From: Armatimonadota bacterium
Lineage (GTDB): Bacteria > Armatimonadota > UBA5829 > DSUL01
Assembly (NCBI GenBank): GCA_039811685.1
Contig: JBDHZC010000001.1
Span: 1-64,000 of the forward strand
DNA: 64,000 bases
Direction of reading: 5' to 3'
Translations under genes and position numbers: made by a program
The notes under the pieces: model-generated
Database searches by the model: none
Seen by the model: only the letters and a program-made list of their open reading frames with translations
What the model was told of the DNA's origin: nothing
Shown: one piece after another, positions 29,127 through 38,383 of the stretch
Numbering within the stretch: position 1 is the stretch's first letter
Layout of the letters: the number at the start of each line of letters is the position of its first letter

Positions 29127-30005
29127 ATGACAGAGAGGCTTGCGAATCTGAGCTGGCAGTCGGTGCTGGTCATCGTCGCCGTTCTGCTGCTGCTCCGCTT
29201 CTCGCTCATCAAGCTCGAAAACGAATACGCCAAGACGATCGCCGAGGTAGCTGAGTCTCTGGCGATTGCAATGGCGCTCGTCTTCTTCCTCATTCGTCCG
29301 TTCTTTGTACAGGCGTTTTTCATTCCCAGCGGGTCTATGCACCCGACACTGATGGAAGATGACCACATCCTCGTCAATAAGCTGATATACCGTCTGTGGC
29401 AGCCCAAGCGAGGGGATGTTGTCGTTTTCAAAGCGCCCCCCGAGGCAGATCAGACTGGACGCAACGAAGAGAAAGACTACATCAAGCGCCTTATGGGCCT
29501 GCCCGGAGACACGATCGAAGTGCGCTCTGGCCGCTTGATGGTGGGCGCTGACGGGATGAACCATCAGCGCGTTGAGCAGGACCTGATTATGAAGGGCATC
29601 CTGGATATGCCACCGGACGAGATGCACGAGAACCATGTCAAGTTCTTCAAGGACTACGTTTTAGCTCGGGGGTGGCACAGAGAGGGCGGCAAGTGGGAAA
29701 GGTTTTCCAAAAAGCTCACAGTGCAGGAACTGGCCAACATGTATGATGTCAAACCCACCGACATCAAGATTGAGCCGGGCGAGACCATTCGAAATGGCAA
29801 AGTCCTTAATGAGCCTTATACTGCCGAAGACCCGGACTACGACCTTGGGGCAGTCAAGATTGAACCGAACCACCTCTGGGTGATGGGTGATAATCGCAAC
29901 AACTCAAATGACAGCACCAAGTGGGGCCAACTGCAGCGCAAGCGCCTCCTTGGCAAAGCGATGTTTGTCTTCTGGCCGTTGACGCGCCTTCGCCTTGTGC
30001 ATTAG
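29127..30005 (+). CDS. lepB: Signal peptidase I
   Basis: IPSGSMHPTL (Ser), DYIKRL (Lys), MGDNRNNSNDS. Confidence 0.95.
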   Translation: MTERLANLSWQSVLVIVAVLLLLRFSLIKLENEYAKTIAEVAESLAIAMALVFFLIRPFFVQAFFIPSGSMHPTLMEDDHILVNKLIYRLWQPKRGDVVVFKAPPEADQTGRNEEKDYIKRLMGLPGDTIEVRSGRLMVGADGMNHQRVEQDLIMKGILDMPPDEMHENHVKFFKDYVLARGWHREGGKWERFSKKLTVQELANMYDVKPTDIKIEPGETIRNGKVLNEPYTAEDPDYDLGAVKIEPNHLWVMGDNRNNSNDSTKWGQLQRKRLLGKAMFVFWPLTRLRLVH

Positions 30006-30026
30006 CCCGCATAGGCGGGCAGTTTT
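30005..30026 (+). terminator. Probable intrinsic terminator after lepB
   Basis: GCCCGC-ATAG-GCGGGC followed by AGTTTT. Confidence 0.55.
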
Positions 30027-30361
30027 CGGCGCGCGTTTGGGAGTCGCTTCTGGCTGGTGGCGTCTGGGAGGCCGCGTAGGGACCCCCACTTTCGTCTCCA
30101 ATAATCACTGTCAGTGACTTGCAGGGCTTTCCATGAGGGCGCCTGAAGTGTTACCATTAGGCCCGGTGCGCAAGAGTTGCGAGCGCCTGGCGCGTGTGTA
30201 GTGCCGGGAATCTGGAAAGTGCCGTTGTGCTTTGTCCGGCTATGCGACAGGGCGGCATCGGAACAGTTGGGTGCAGTATGTCTAGGGATGGGAACCAGTT
30301 GCTGGAAGTGCCAGGATTGGCCGAATCGCCGCTTTCAGAGCGTTCCAGGCCAGAAAGCGTT

Positions 30362-31015
30362 ATGGCCGGGATGTGGAGCTATGAGCGCTATGCATGGAGA
30401 GAGGGCTTCAGACTTGTCGCTGGAATAGACGAAGCTGGCCGAGGCCCACTCGCGGGCCCTGTAGTGGCGGCGTGTGTTCTTCTGCCGTCAGATTTTGACC
30501 CCGCAGGTATCAACGACTCAAAGGCCCTGACAGCCGAGCAGCGGGACCTGGCGTACAAGCGGATTGTGAAAGAGTGCCACTGCATGGGTGTGGGCATTGT
30601 GCCCGCGGACATAATTGACAAGCTCAACATCTACCATGCGACACATCTGGCGATGCTCGCAGCCGTAGAAGACTGTCCTGTGCGGCTCGATCTGTGTCTG
30701 GTGGACGGGCTTCCTGTTCGTCAGATGCCGCTGCCGCATCTCGCTGTTGTCAAAGGGGACACGCTGAGTGTCTCCATCGCAGCCGCTTCCATTGTTGCGA
30801 AAGTGACCCGGGACCGCATCATGCGCGATCTGGACTCGCGTTATCCCGGATATGGATTCAGCCAGCACAAGGGGTATGCGACAGTCCAGCATATTCAGGC
30901 TCTCTCAGAGCTGGGGGTCTGCCCGGAACACAGGATGAGCTTTCACCCGGACAAACACGCACCCGAGAGCGCCTCAGCGGATCAACAGCTCCTGCTTGAG
31001 ACTGACGCCGTGTGA
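30362..31015 (+). CDS. rnhB: Ribonuclease HII
   Basis: AGIDEAGRGPLAGPV, DSK, LVDG, VKGD, SIAAASIVAKVTRD, HKGY; start approximate. Confidence 0.96.
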   Translation: MAGMWSYERYAWREGFRLVAGIDEAGRGPLAGPVVAACVLLPSDFDPAGINDSKALTAEQRDLAYKRIVKECHCMGVGIVPADIIDKLNIYHATHLAMLAAVEDCPVRLDLCLVDGLPVRQMPLPHLAVVKGDTLSVSIAAASIVAKVTRDRIMRDLDSRYPGYGFSQHKGYATVQHIQALSELGVCPEHRMSFHPDKHAPESASADQQLLLETDAV

Positions 31016-31374
31016 AAATCTCAGAAAACGGACAGGCTGCAGAAAACGCGGCGCGCGCCTTTCTACGTGGTCTTGGATGGGAAATTGTCTGCTGCAACTA
31101 CCGGAGCCGGTGGGGAGAGATAGACATCGTCGCCAGAGATGGCGAGACTATCTGCTTCGTGGAGGTTCGCGCGAGACAGAGAGGGGCGCTGGTTTCCCCT
31201 GCGCAGTCAGTCAGCCGGGACAAACGCCAGAAGTTGACCAGAGCAGCCAGCGATTGGCTGGGACAGACACAGGCAGATGTGCCATGCCGCTTTGATGTCG
31301 TTGAGGTAGAATTGCACAATGGTCTTGGACGAATCACCGCGCACATACAGGGCGCCTTTGATGTCTCCGAGTGA
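31012..31374 (+). CDS. yraN: YraN family (UPF0102) protein
   Basis: NYRSRWGEIDIVA, FVEVR, RFDVV; follows rnhB. Confidence 0.9.
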   Translation: MKISENGQAAENAARAFLRGLGWEIVCCNYRSRWGEIDIVARDGETICFVEVRARQRGALVSPAQSVSRDKRQKLTRAASDWLGQTQADVPCRFDVVEVELHNGLGRITAHIQGAFDVSE

Positions 31375-31438
31375 GTGAGCCAGGTCCACGCCTCTTTCAG
31401 GCGTCCTGTGGGACGCCTTCAGAAACCGGATATTCGTA

Positions 31439-31936
31439 TTGGCCCAAACCGCAGACCAGATCATGACCCGCAGCGTCGTCGTCATAAGGAAGGGAGCGTC
31501 TATTGAGGAAGCTCTGCGCCTGATGGCGCAGTCGCACGTGAGCGGCCTCCCTGTTGTGGACGTCAACGGAAAGCTGATTGGTATCGTTACGGAGAGCGAT
31601 GTCCTGTTGCGCGGGCAACATCTCATCGATAGAGACAGTGTCCCTCTCCCGGGGACGTTTGTGTCAGATCCCGACCGGGTGACCTCTGCCTACCGGAAAG
31701 GGCGCGCTGTGAGGGTGGAAGACGCTATGACGGCAAAAGTGGTCTCTTTCCGGCCGGATTCGTTGGTGTCAGATATTGCCCGTGTGATGATCGAGCGCAA
31801 CATCAACCGCGTGCCGATTGTGGACGGGGAGCGAATTGTCGGGATTGTAAGCCGCGGTGACATTATTCGTTCTATGGTTTCTCAGCCTCTGGACAACGAT
31901 GTAGACCGCGATGAGGACGAACGCATCCCCATCTAG
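31439..31936 (+). CDS. CBS domain pair protein
   Basis: SGLPVVD...GIVTESD and NRVPIVD...GIVSRGD. Confidence 0.9.
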   Translation: MAQTADQIMTRSVVVIRKGASIEEALRLMAQSHVSGLPVVDVNGKLIGIVTESDVLLRGQHLIDRDSVPLPGTFVSDPDRVTSAYRKGRAVRVEDAMTAKVVSFRPDSLVSDIARVMIERNINRVPIVDGERIVGIVSRGDIIRSMVSQPLDNDVDRDEDERIPI

Positions 31937-32097
31937 GCTCAGATTTTGGCCACGGAATGTACCGTCGAGAGGACTGCGCCCACTTCTTTTCTAATGTGGG
32001 AGACTGCGGGGGGCGCCACGGAAACAGCGGCCATTTCTGAGTCATTGAGCTTGCAGGCAGGGAACAACGCTGCGGAAGTGAAACTCTGGCGCATCAC

Positions 32098-33012
32098 GTG
32101 ATGATCAAGCGTTTTGTTCTCTACATCTTCCTTTGTGCCTACGCGGTAGTTGTGATCTATCCGCTGCTATGGGTTGGCTTTTCAAGCCTGCGCGCAACGC
32201 CCGACATCAATCGCGATCCCTGGGGCCTGCCTTCGCAGCCGCGGTGGGAAAACTACTCCCGTGCGTGGATAGGAGAGGGCAGCTCGTCTGGAAGCGGCCT
32301 GGCAGGCGCTTTTGTCAACAGCTCCATTGCGACAACTGTCAGTCTGGGCCTCATTCTCCTGTTTGGCTCTATGGCCAGCTACGTTCTGGCGCGCTTCGTT
32401 TTTGCTGGCTCTGGAGTTATCTACAACATCTTTCTTTTCGGGATGATGTTTCCTGTGTTTCTGGGCATCATTCCGCTGTTTTTCTTGCTGGACTCACTGG
32501 GAGGGGGCCTGGAAGCGGCCAGGCTTGGCTTGCTGAGCGCGACGCACATGTCGATTTTCGACGCGGCAAGCTGGACTCTGCTGGGCAGTCTGCCCGGGTT
32601 GATTATTGCGTACGTGGCGTATTCCCTGTCCTTTACCGTTTTCATCCTCACCGGCTTCTTCAGGACGCTCCCCGGGGAGCTGGCAGAGGCCGGAGCGATT
32701 GACGGATGCTCGCACTGGGGTGTGTTCTGGAGGATTATGCTGCCTCTGGCGCGCCCCGGGCTCATCACGGCGGCGATCTTCAACGCAATTGGACTCTGGA
32801 ACGAATATCCCCTGGCTCTGGTACTGACCGGTGATAACACACGGACACTGCCGCTCGCTATTGCGGATCTGGCTCAGACTCACCAGTATCAGACGGATCA
32901 GGGTGCGCTTTTTGCAGGCATAGTTATCGTCATAATCCCGACTCTTGTGGGATACATTCTGTTTCAGAACAAGCTGACAGCCGGGCTGACGGCTGGTGCG
33001 GTGAAGGGGTAG
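32098..33012 (+). CDS. Carbohydrate ABC transporter permease (MalG-type)
   Basis: EAGAIDGCS (EAA loop), PLARPG, WNEY, C-terminal GLTAGAVKG. Confidence 0.92.
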   Translation: MMIKRFVLYIFLCAYAVVVIYPLLWVGFSSLRATPDINRDPWGLPSQPRWENYSRAWIGEGSSSGSGLAGAFVNSSIATTVSLGLILLFGSMASYVLARFVFAGSGVIYNIFLFGMMFPVFLGIIPLFFLLDSLGGGLEAARLGLLSATHMSIFDAASWTLLGSLPGLIIAYVAYSLSFTVFILTGFFRTLPGELAEAGAIDGCSHWGVFWRIMLPLARPGLITAAIFNAIGLWNEYPLALVLTGDNTRTLPLAIADLAQTHQYQTDQGALFAGIVIVIIPTLVGYILFQNKLTAGLTAGAVKG

Positions 33013-33038
33013 GGCAGGCATGCGCAAAGGCGCAACAT

Positions 33039-33110
33039 CGCCCCCGGTAGGGATCGAACCTACGCTTCGGGCTCCGGAGGCCCGCGCTCTATCCACTGAG
33101 CTACGGGGGC
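33039..33110 (-). tRNA. tRNA-Arg(CCG), CCA not encoded
   Basis: GCCCCCG acceptor stem, D-arm GCTC-AGTGGATA-GAGC, anticodon arm CGGGC-CTCCGGA-GCCCG, T-arm GTAGG-TTCGATC-CCTAC. Confidence 0.96.
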
Positions 33111-33186
33111 GCGACGCTGTGCATTATATGAGCCATGCTCCTGCGCGTCAACAGAACACTGATACCTCAACGCGGGACTCTGCACA

Positions 33187-34344
33187 GTGAGATTTCTCAT
33201 TTGCCCGGATTCCTTTAAAGGCTCGCTGACCGCGCTTGAAGCCGCACGCGCTCTGCAGCGAGGCCTCTGCGACGCGTCCTCCAGCATTGACTGTGATCTG
33301 GCTCCTCTGGCCGATGGAGGCGAAGGTTTTGTAGACGCGATGCTGGCTGGCGGCGGACGCCAGGTTTACACGCAGGTTACGGACCCGTTGGGCCGGCAGG
33401 TGCGCGCGGCCTACGGCTTGCTGCCTGACGGGTGCACGGCTGTAGTCGAAATGGCTTCGGCGGCGGGTCTCGAACTGCTTGACCCGGAAGCTCTCCGGCC
33501 GCTGGAGGCCACAACTTACGGGGTCGGAGAGCTGATGCGGGCGGCGCTGGATGTGGGCGCCAAACGTCTGATTATTGGCATTGGGGGCAGCGCCACAACT
33601 GATGGCGGAGCGGGAATGGCGCAGGCGCTTGGGGCGAGGCTGCTGGATTCAACGGGCCGGCCAGTAGGCTGCGGAGGCGCTGCGCTGGCTGGTTTGTCCG
33701 AGATTCAGCTTGAGGGGGTAGACTCTCGCCTTAGAGAGGCAGAGATTCTGGTTGCTTGTGACGTGGACAACCCCCTGACTGGGCCCGCGGGCGCTGCTGT
33801 GGTGTATGGTCCGCAGAAAGGCGCCTCAGCGGCTGATGTGGCTCTCCTCGACGGAGCGCTGGAACGGTTCGCAGAGGTTGTCAATCGAGATCTGGGTGTC
33901 AATGTCAGAGACATTCCGGGAGCTGGAGCAGCCGGTGGCCTCGGGGCAGGGCTGGTGGCTTTCTGCGGCGCCCGACTTCTGCCAGGAATAGAAGTAGTTG
34001 CGGAAGCGCTGACTCTTCGCGACAGAATCAGGCAGGCGGATTGGATAATCACAGGAGAAGGATGCACGGACGCACAGACCTTGAGCGGGAAGGCGGTGGC
34101 GGGCGTACTGAAGCTGGCAAAGAGCGAGAACGTCCCGTGTATCGTGCTCTCCGGCGCTGTACAAGGTGAAATTGAGGCGCTGTACGGCATGGGAGCAGCG
34201 TGTGTGCTGTCGGTTAGTGACGGCCCACGGGATATTGCCTCTGCAATGGCGGAAGCGGGCGTCCTGGTTGAAAAATCTGCTCGAGCTCTCGGCGGGCTTC
34301 TGGTCGCCTCCGCGCAGAATGGCTGTGGCGGGTTGAACCAGTGA
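33187..34344 (+). CDS. glxK: Glycerate kinase
   Basis: PDSFKGSL, ADGGEG, GIGGSATTDGGAG, VYGPQKGA, GAGAAGG, TGEG. Confidence 0.93.
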   Translation: MRFLICPDSFKGSLTALEAARALQRGLCDASSSIDCDLAPLADGGEGFVDAMLAGGGRQVYTQVTDPLGRQVRAAYGLLPDGCTAVVEMASAAGLELLDPEALRPLEATTYGVGELMRAALDVGAKRLIIGIGGSATTDGGAGMAQALGARLLDSTGRPVGCGGAALAGLSEIQLEGVDSRLREAEILVACDVDNPLTGPAGAAVVYGPQKGASAADVALLDGALERFAEVVNRDLGVNVRDIPGAGAAGGLGAGLVAFCGARLLPGIEVVAEALTLRDRIRQADWIITGEGCTDAQTLSGKAVAGVLKLAKSENVPCIVLSGAVQGEIEALYGMGAACVLSVSDGPRDIASAMAEAGVLVEKSARALGGLLVASAQNGCGGLNQ

Positions 34345-35231
34345 AGGTCGGTTTTACCGGAGCCACGGGGTTTGTCGGATCTCACATGGTTCGACGGTTC
34401 GTCAATGGCGGTCACAGCGTTGTCTGCCTCGTGCGGCGCGGAGAGGCGAGCAGCACACTGCCAGGCGGTCCAATCAGGCTTCGGGAAGGCGACATCACCA
34501 ATCCTGACAGCCTGAAAGGGGTCTTCGACGGCTGCGAGCTCGTAGTAAATCTCGTCGGCATTATCCGCGAGGTCGCCGATGCGACGTTCGAGCGCATTCA
34601 CGCTGAGGGGACGGATAATGTGCTCAGAGCGGCAGAGCAGTCTGGTGTCCCGCGCTTTATACAAATGAGCAGTCTCGGCGTGCGCCCCGGGGCAAAAAGC
34701 CTGTATCATCAGACGAAGTGGCGAGCGGAAGAAAGCGTGCGCGCAAGCGCCATGGCATGGACCATTTTCCGGCCCTCAGTGATCTTCGGACGCGGCGACG
34801 GGTTCACTACAATGCTCAAGGATCTCATCAGCCGCGCACCGGTCGTTCCCATTGTGGGATCGGGATCGCATCTGATACAGCCTGTCGCCATAGAGGATGT
34901 CACCGCCTGCTTTCTCGCGGCGGGTACGGAAGAGGGGCACGCGGGTCAAATCTATGAGCTTGGAGGTCCGCAGCAGTTGCGTTTTGTCGATATCGTCCGG
35001 ACTATGGCTCGCCAGATGGGATATCGCAAGCCGCGTGTGCATCTGCCTCTGTGGCTCATAGGCCCCTTCGTGCGAGCCGCCTCGCGCGTCACAACACGAT
35101 TCCCACTGACGACTGACCAGCTTATCATGCTACGCGAGGACAACGTCACAGATCACAATGCCGCGCAGGAGGTGTTTGGCCTCACGCTGATTCCGTTTTC
35201 TGACGGGCTGAAGCGGCTGTTGCGGCCGTGA
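34341..35231 (+). CDS. NAD-dependent epimerase/atypical SDR (NDUFA9-like)
   Basis: TGATGFVG, NLVGII, YHQTK, FRPSVIFG, QPVAIEDV. Confidence 0.88.
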   Translation: MKVGFTGATGFVGSHMVRRFVNGGHSVVCLVRRGEASSTLPGGPIRLREGDITNPDSLKGVFDGCELVVNLVGIIREVADATFERIHAEGTDNVLRAAEQSGVPRFIQMSSLGVRPGAKSLYHQTKWRAEESVRASAMAWTIFRPSVIFGRGDGFTTMLKDLISRAPVVPIVGSGSHLIQPVAIEDVTACFLAAGTEEGHAGQIYELGGPQQLRFVDIVRTMARQMGYRKPRVHLPLWLIGPFVRAASRVTTRFPLTTDQLIMLREDNVTDHNAAQEVFGLTLIPFSDGLKRLLRP

Positions 35232-35252
35232 CATCCTCCGTGCGTACTGCTG

Positions 35253-35281
35253 TTGCCATTTGGACTGTGAACGGGTAACAT
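35253..35281 (+). promoter_or_regulatory. Putative sigma70 promoter of the nurA-herA-mre11-rad50 operon
   Basis: TTGCCA-N17-TAACAT. Confidence 0.65.
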
Positions 35282-35289
35282 CAGCATTG

Positions 35290-35303
35290 CGAACAGGTGT
35301 ACG
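35290..35303 (+). promoter_or_regulatory. Putative Gram-positive-type LexA (SOS/Cheo) box
   Basis: CGAAC-AGGT-GTACG, one mismatch from CGAAC-N4-GTTCG, 8 nt downstream of the -10 element. Confidence 0.6.
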
Positions 35304-35342
35304 TACCTTGGGCGGTGTGAACAGTAAAGGCAGGGAGGTGTT

Positions 35343-36344
35343 TTGAGTCTGAGCGGTTTGGAGAGTCTGATAAAGGACTGCAAGCGCAACCCCACTGTGC
35401 GTCTGCTGAGAACTGAGTCTTTGACTGATGAGACGCTTTCACTCCCGGAGCGCGAGCCAAGGACGCACCGCTCTGACATTGTCGAAGGGAGTGTGCTGGC
35501 ATCGCACGATGTGCCCAAAGGCGGGCGCTCCTCGTTCACGCATTTTCTGGACGGTATTGAGCGTCGCCGCGTTCTGTTGTACAGCGACTGTATTCCAGTT
35601 GTTTGGGGATATGTGGCTGCGTGCGTGCGCCGCCGTTCTGAAGATCAGCTAATGTGCCCCGTGCAAGCTTTGACCTGTTCAGAGCATGGACTGTACTTTC
35701 CGTTCGAGCTGCTTTCTCCAACATCTTTCAAGCGCTATGAGGGGCTGAGAGTTCACGATGTTCGTCCGCTGAAAGGGTCGGAAACTGTCAGCGACAATAC
35801 CTTTGACGTTCAACGCCAGGCATTCAACGCCGTCAGCAACCGCCGGGCAGAGCAGGAAGCTGATCTCCTGCAGTCCTGGGGCGCCTTTTCCAGTGATCGA
35901 GACTGGCTGCTGGTGGACGGCGCCCTGTCGTCCTCCTTCAGAAAAGGCGCTCAAGAGCGTGTGGTTGGAGTGATCAAGAGCCATCTGGCGCGCTACTTTG
36001 AGGGCGACGACTACCGCTTGATTCTCAACCTTAAAGTTGGTCAGCGTACCAGCGTCTTCCGACCGAGAGTTCCAAATCTGGAGCCGGTGTACTCCTGGTA
36101 TCTGCGACTGCACGACGATACCGGACGCGATCCGACGTTTGGTCTTGTGCGGCTGGAGGCGTGCGCGGAGGTTGGCACGCTAAGTATGGCGGATGAAATC
36201 TCAGCGTGGCTTATGGCCGAGCGCTCTCCTCTGAGCCTTCCGGATGCCCGGTGGGACAGGATGATCTATCCGATCTACGACTGTGAGCAGTATCTGAAGG
36301 CTCTTGCGCCGAGCCGGGCGCACATTGAGGCGCTGGTATCCTGA
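35343..36344 (+). CDS. nurA: NurA-like 5'-3' nuclease (RNase H-like fold)
   Basis: Acidic motifs FLDG and LLVDG, GVIKSH, SWYLRL, GLVRLE, YPIYDCE; stop overlaps the herA start. Confidence 0.78.
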   Translation: MSLSGLESLIKDCKRNPTVRLLRTESLTDETLSLPEREPRTHRSDIVEGSVLASHDVPKGGRSSFTHFLDGIERRRVLLYSDCIPVVWGYVAACVRRRSEDQLMCPVQALTCSEHGLYFPFELLSPTSFKRYEGLRVHDVRPLKGSETVSDNTFDVQRQAFNAVSNRRAEQEADLLQSWGAFSSDRDWLLVDGALSSSFRKGAQERVVGVIKSHLARYFEGDDYRLILNLKVGQRTSVFRPRVPNLEPVYSWYLRLHDDTGRDPTFGLVRLEACAEVGTLSMADEISAWLMAERSPLSLPDARWDRMIYPIYDCEQYLKALAPSRAHIEALVS

Positions 36345-38380
36345 TGAGTGGAGGGACGAAGATTTTGATTGACCCATCGGAAAAACAGACGTCTGAATTG
36401 ACACAGGTTGGCCGGGTTGTCGCCACTGAGCAGAAGCCCAACACCGCGTACGAGTTTCATTTCTGGACAGCCGTGCGCTCTCCTGTCGGTATCGGCACTC
36501 TGGTTCTTGTGGAGACTTCGGACGTCACAGTCTACGGGGTTGTGGTGGAAGGGTGGTCGTTTACAGACCTCGCCTCTCCACTTTATGACTATATTGGCCT
36601 GGAAGGTGATCCAACCACCCAGCCAATGACTCAGCGGCCGGAAATCCGCTGCTATACGGCTGCTGTACTGCGCATCGAGCCAGAAGAGCCGGTGCAGCCT
36701 GTGCCGGTCGGGCCCGTTTATCTCGCTGACGATGCCGCCGTGACGCGTGCGCTGCGATCGGACGGTTATGCGGAGAAAACGGGCGTTGCAGTAGGAGCCT
36801 ATCAGAACGGAGATATTCACTGTCCTGTCTATCTGGACGCAGAGTTCCTCCTCGGGCCTGAAGCCGCTCATGTGAATCTGACTGGCGTGTCCGGACTGGC
36901 CACCAAGACCAGCTCCATCGAGTTTCTGCTGCAGAGCATCTTTGCCAGCAATGTTCCCGAGGTCGCCTGCGTCTGTTTCAATGTCAAAGGGCACGACATG
37001 CTCTTCCTGGATCATGCGTCTGATGTTGACTCTGACCACGCGCTGGCTTCACGATACGAAGAGCTGGAGATATCCGGTCTGGCGGAGACAGATCGAGCTC
37101 TGTATGACGCGCTCAAAGTTCCCTGTCAGCCATTTGCTAATGTTCGTTACTTCGCGCCTTACAAAGAGGACGGCTACAACCTCAACACTCTGCGCAACAA
37201 TCTGGAGATATCCGGCAACGTCGCTCCGCTTGCGTGGGGACTTACGGACGTCTTCAAGTTCGCTGAAGTCGTGCTCAACCGCGACGATGTGGACGCGAAA
37301 GCGGATGCTCTGATTCAGTTTATCAATCAGCAGGTAATCAACGCGAAGAACGGTTTTGACATAGGGGACAACGGGCCGTCCATCCGCGTGCAGACATTCG
37401 CAGACCTTGAGAGGTGGTTTGAGCGTGTCATGAAGCTGATGGAGGGTGAGGGGCGTGACAAGGGACAGGATCAGTACCGCACTCACCATATCGCGACGAT
37501 CCGCAAAGTCCACAATCGCCTCTCCAACCTTGTCACCCGCTATAAGGGTCTGCTTGTGGGTGATGAGAACCGCGCTGATCTTCCCTGGGGTTCCTTTGAA
37601 GACAGGACGGTTTACGTAATCGACATCGCGGGGATGGACGCGCAGGGTCAGGATCTGGTTGTCACGCGCGTCGTCAACGAACTCCGCGAGCATCTGGAAA
37701 AGAAAACGCTGGGCGTGGAGAAGTGTATCGTTGTTGTGGATGAGCTGAACAAGTACGCACCCAGCGACGGCCCAGAGACCTATCTCAAGAAAACATTGCT
37801 GGAGATATCTGAGCGCGGGAGGTATCTGGGGCTGGTGCTATTCAGCGCACAGCAGTTCCGCAGCCAGGTTCACAAGCGCATTGTCGGCAATTCCGGGACC
37901 AGCATCTACGGGCGGATGGATATGGACGAGTTGGCGACGCCGGGCTACCAGGTGTTGACGCGCGCGGAGCGGGAGAAGCTGGCCACTCTTTCCAAAGGGC
38001 AGCTCATGGTACGCCACCCACACTTCAGCCAGGCTATCTTTGTGAAGTTTCCGAGACCAAATGTACTGCGCGGCGCAGACGGTGTCAGGCTTTTCCCGAC
38101 GGCAGCGGATATGACGGTGGAAGAGGTCATTTTTCAGGAGTTCAAACGGCTCAATCCGGCAGTTCAGCGAAATCAGGTCAGGGAGGCAGTTGAGCAGACT
38201 GGCGTGGAATCTGCTCTTGAGGCCTTCAATCGGGTCAAGCTTGGCCGCCCGGAAGACCCGATGGAGGCGTTCCGGAATACCTGCCGCAAGAGGGCGGACA
38301 GGCAGCAGCCAGGCGCTTCAACGCCCCACGGATTTGGAGCCCCTGCTCCGGTAAGTCTCGATGATCCCTTTGCGGACTGA
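36344..38380 (+). CDS. herA: HerA-like ATPase (HAS barrel + FtsK/HerA motor)
   Basis: N-terminal beta barrel, variant Walker A HVNLTGVSGLATKTS, FNVKG, Walker B VVVDELNKYAP, ERGRYLG, SAQQ. Confidence 0.85.
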   Translation: MSGGTKILIDPSEKQTSELTQVGRVVATEQKPNTAYEFHFWTAVRSPVGIGTLVLVETSDVTVYGVVVEGWSFTDLASPLYDYIGLEGDPTTQPMTQRPEIRCYTAAVLRIEPEEPVQPVPVGPVYLADDAAVTRALRSDGYAEKTGVAVGAYQNGDIHCPVYLDAEFLLGPEAAHVNLTGVSGLATKTSSIEFLLQSIFASNVPEVACVCFNVKGHDMLFLDHASDVDSDHALASRYEELEISGLAETDRALYDALKVPCQPFANVRYFAPYKEDGYNLNTLRNNLEISGNVAPLAWGLTDVFKFAEVVLNRDDVDAKADALIQFINQQVINAKNGFDIGDNGPSIRVQTFADLERWFERVMKLMEGEGRDKGQDQYRTHHIATIRKVHNRLSNLVTRYKGLLVGDENRADLPWGSFEDRTVYVIDIAGMDAQGQDLVVTRVVNELREHLEKKTLGVEKCIVVVDELNKYAPSDGPETYLKKTLLEISERGRYLGLVLFSAQQFRSQVHKRIVGNSGTSIYGRMDMDELATPGYQVLTRAEREKLATLSKGQLMVRHPHFSQAIFVKFPRPNVLRGADGVRLFPTAADMTVEEVIFQEFKRLNPAVQRNQVREAVEQTGVESALEAFNRVKLGRPEDPMEAFRNTCRKRADRQQPGASTPHGFGAPAPVSLDDPFAD

Positions 38381-38383
38381 GCT

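Noticed and set aside
33039..33110. tRNA as a prophage or island integration site
   Set aside because: No integrase, no duplicated tRNA 3' end noticed, and the flanking genes are housekeeping.
24924..34709. Long antisense ORFs (24924..25754, 28731..29636, 33705..34709)
   Set aside because: They lie opposite ffh, rplS/lepB and glycerate kinase; expected in GC-rich DNA and lack protein-like features.
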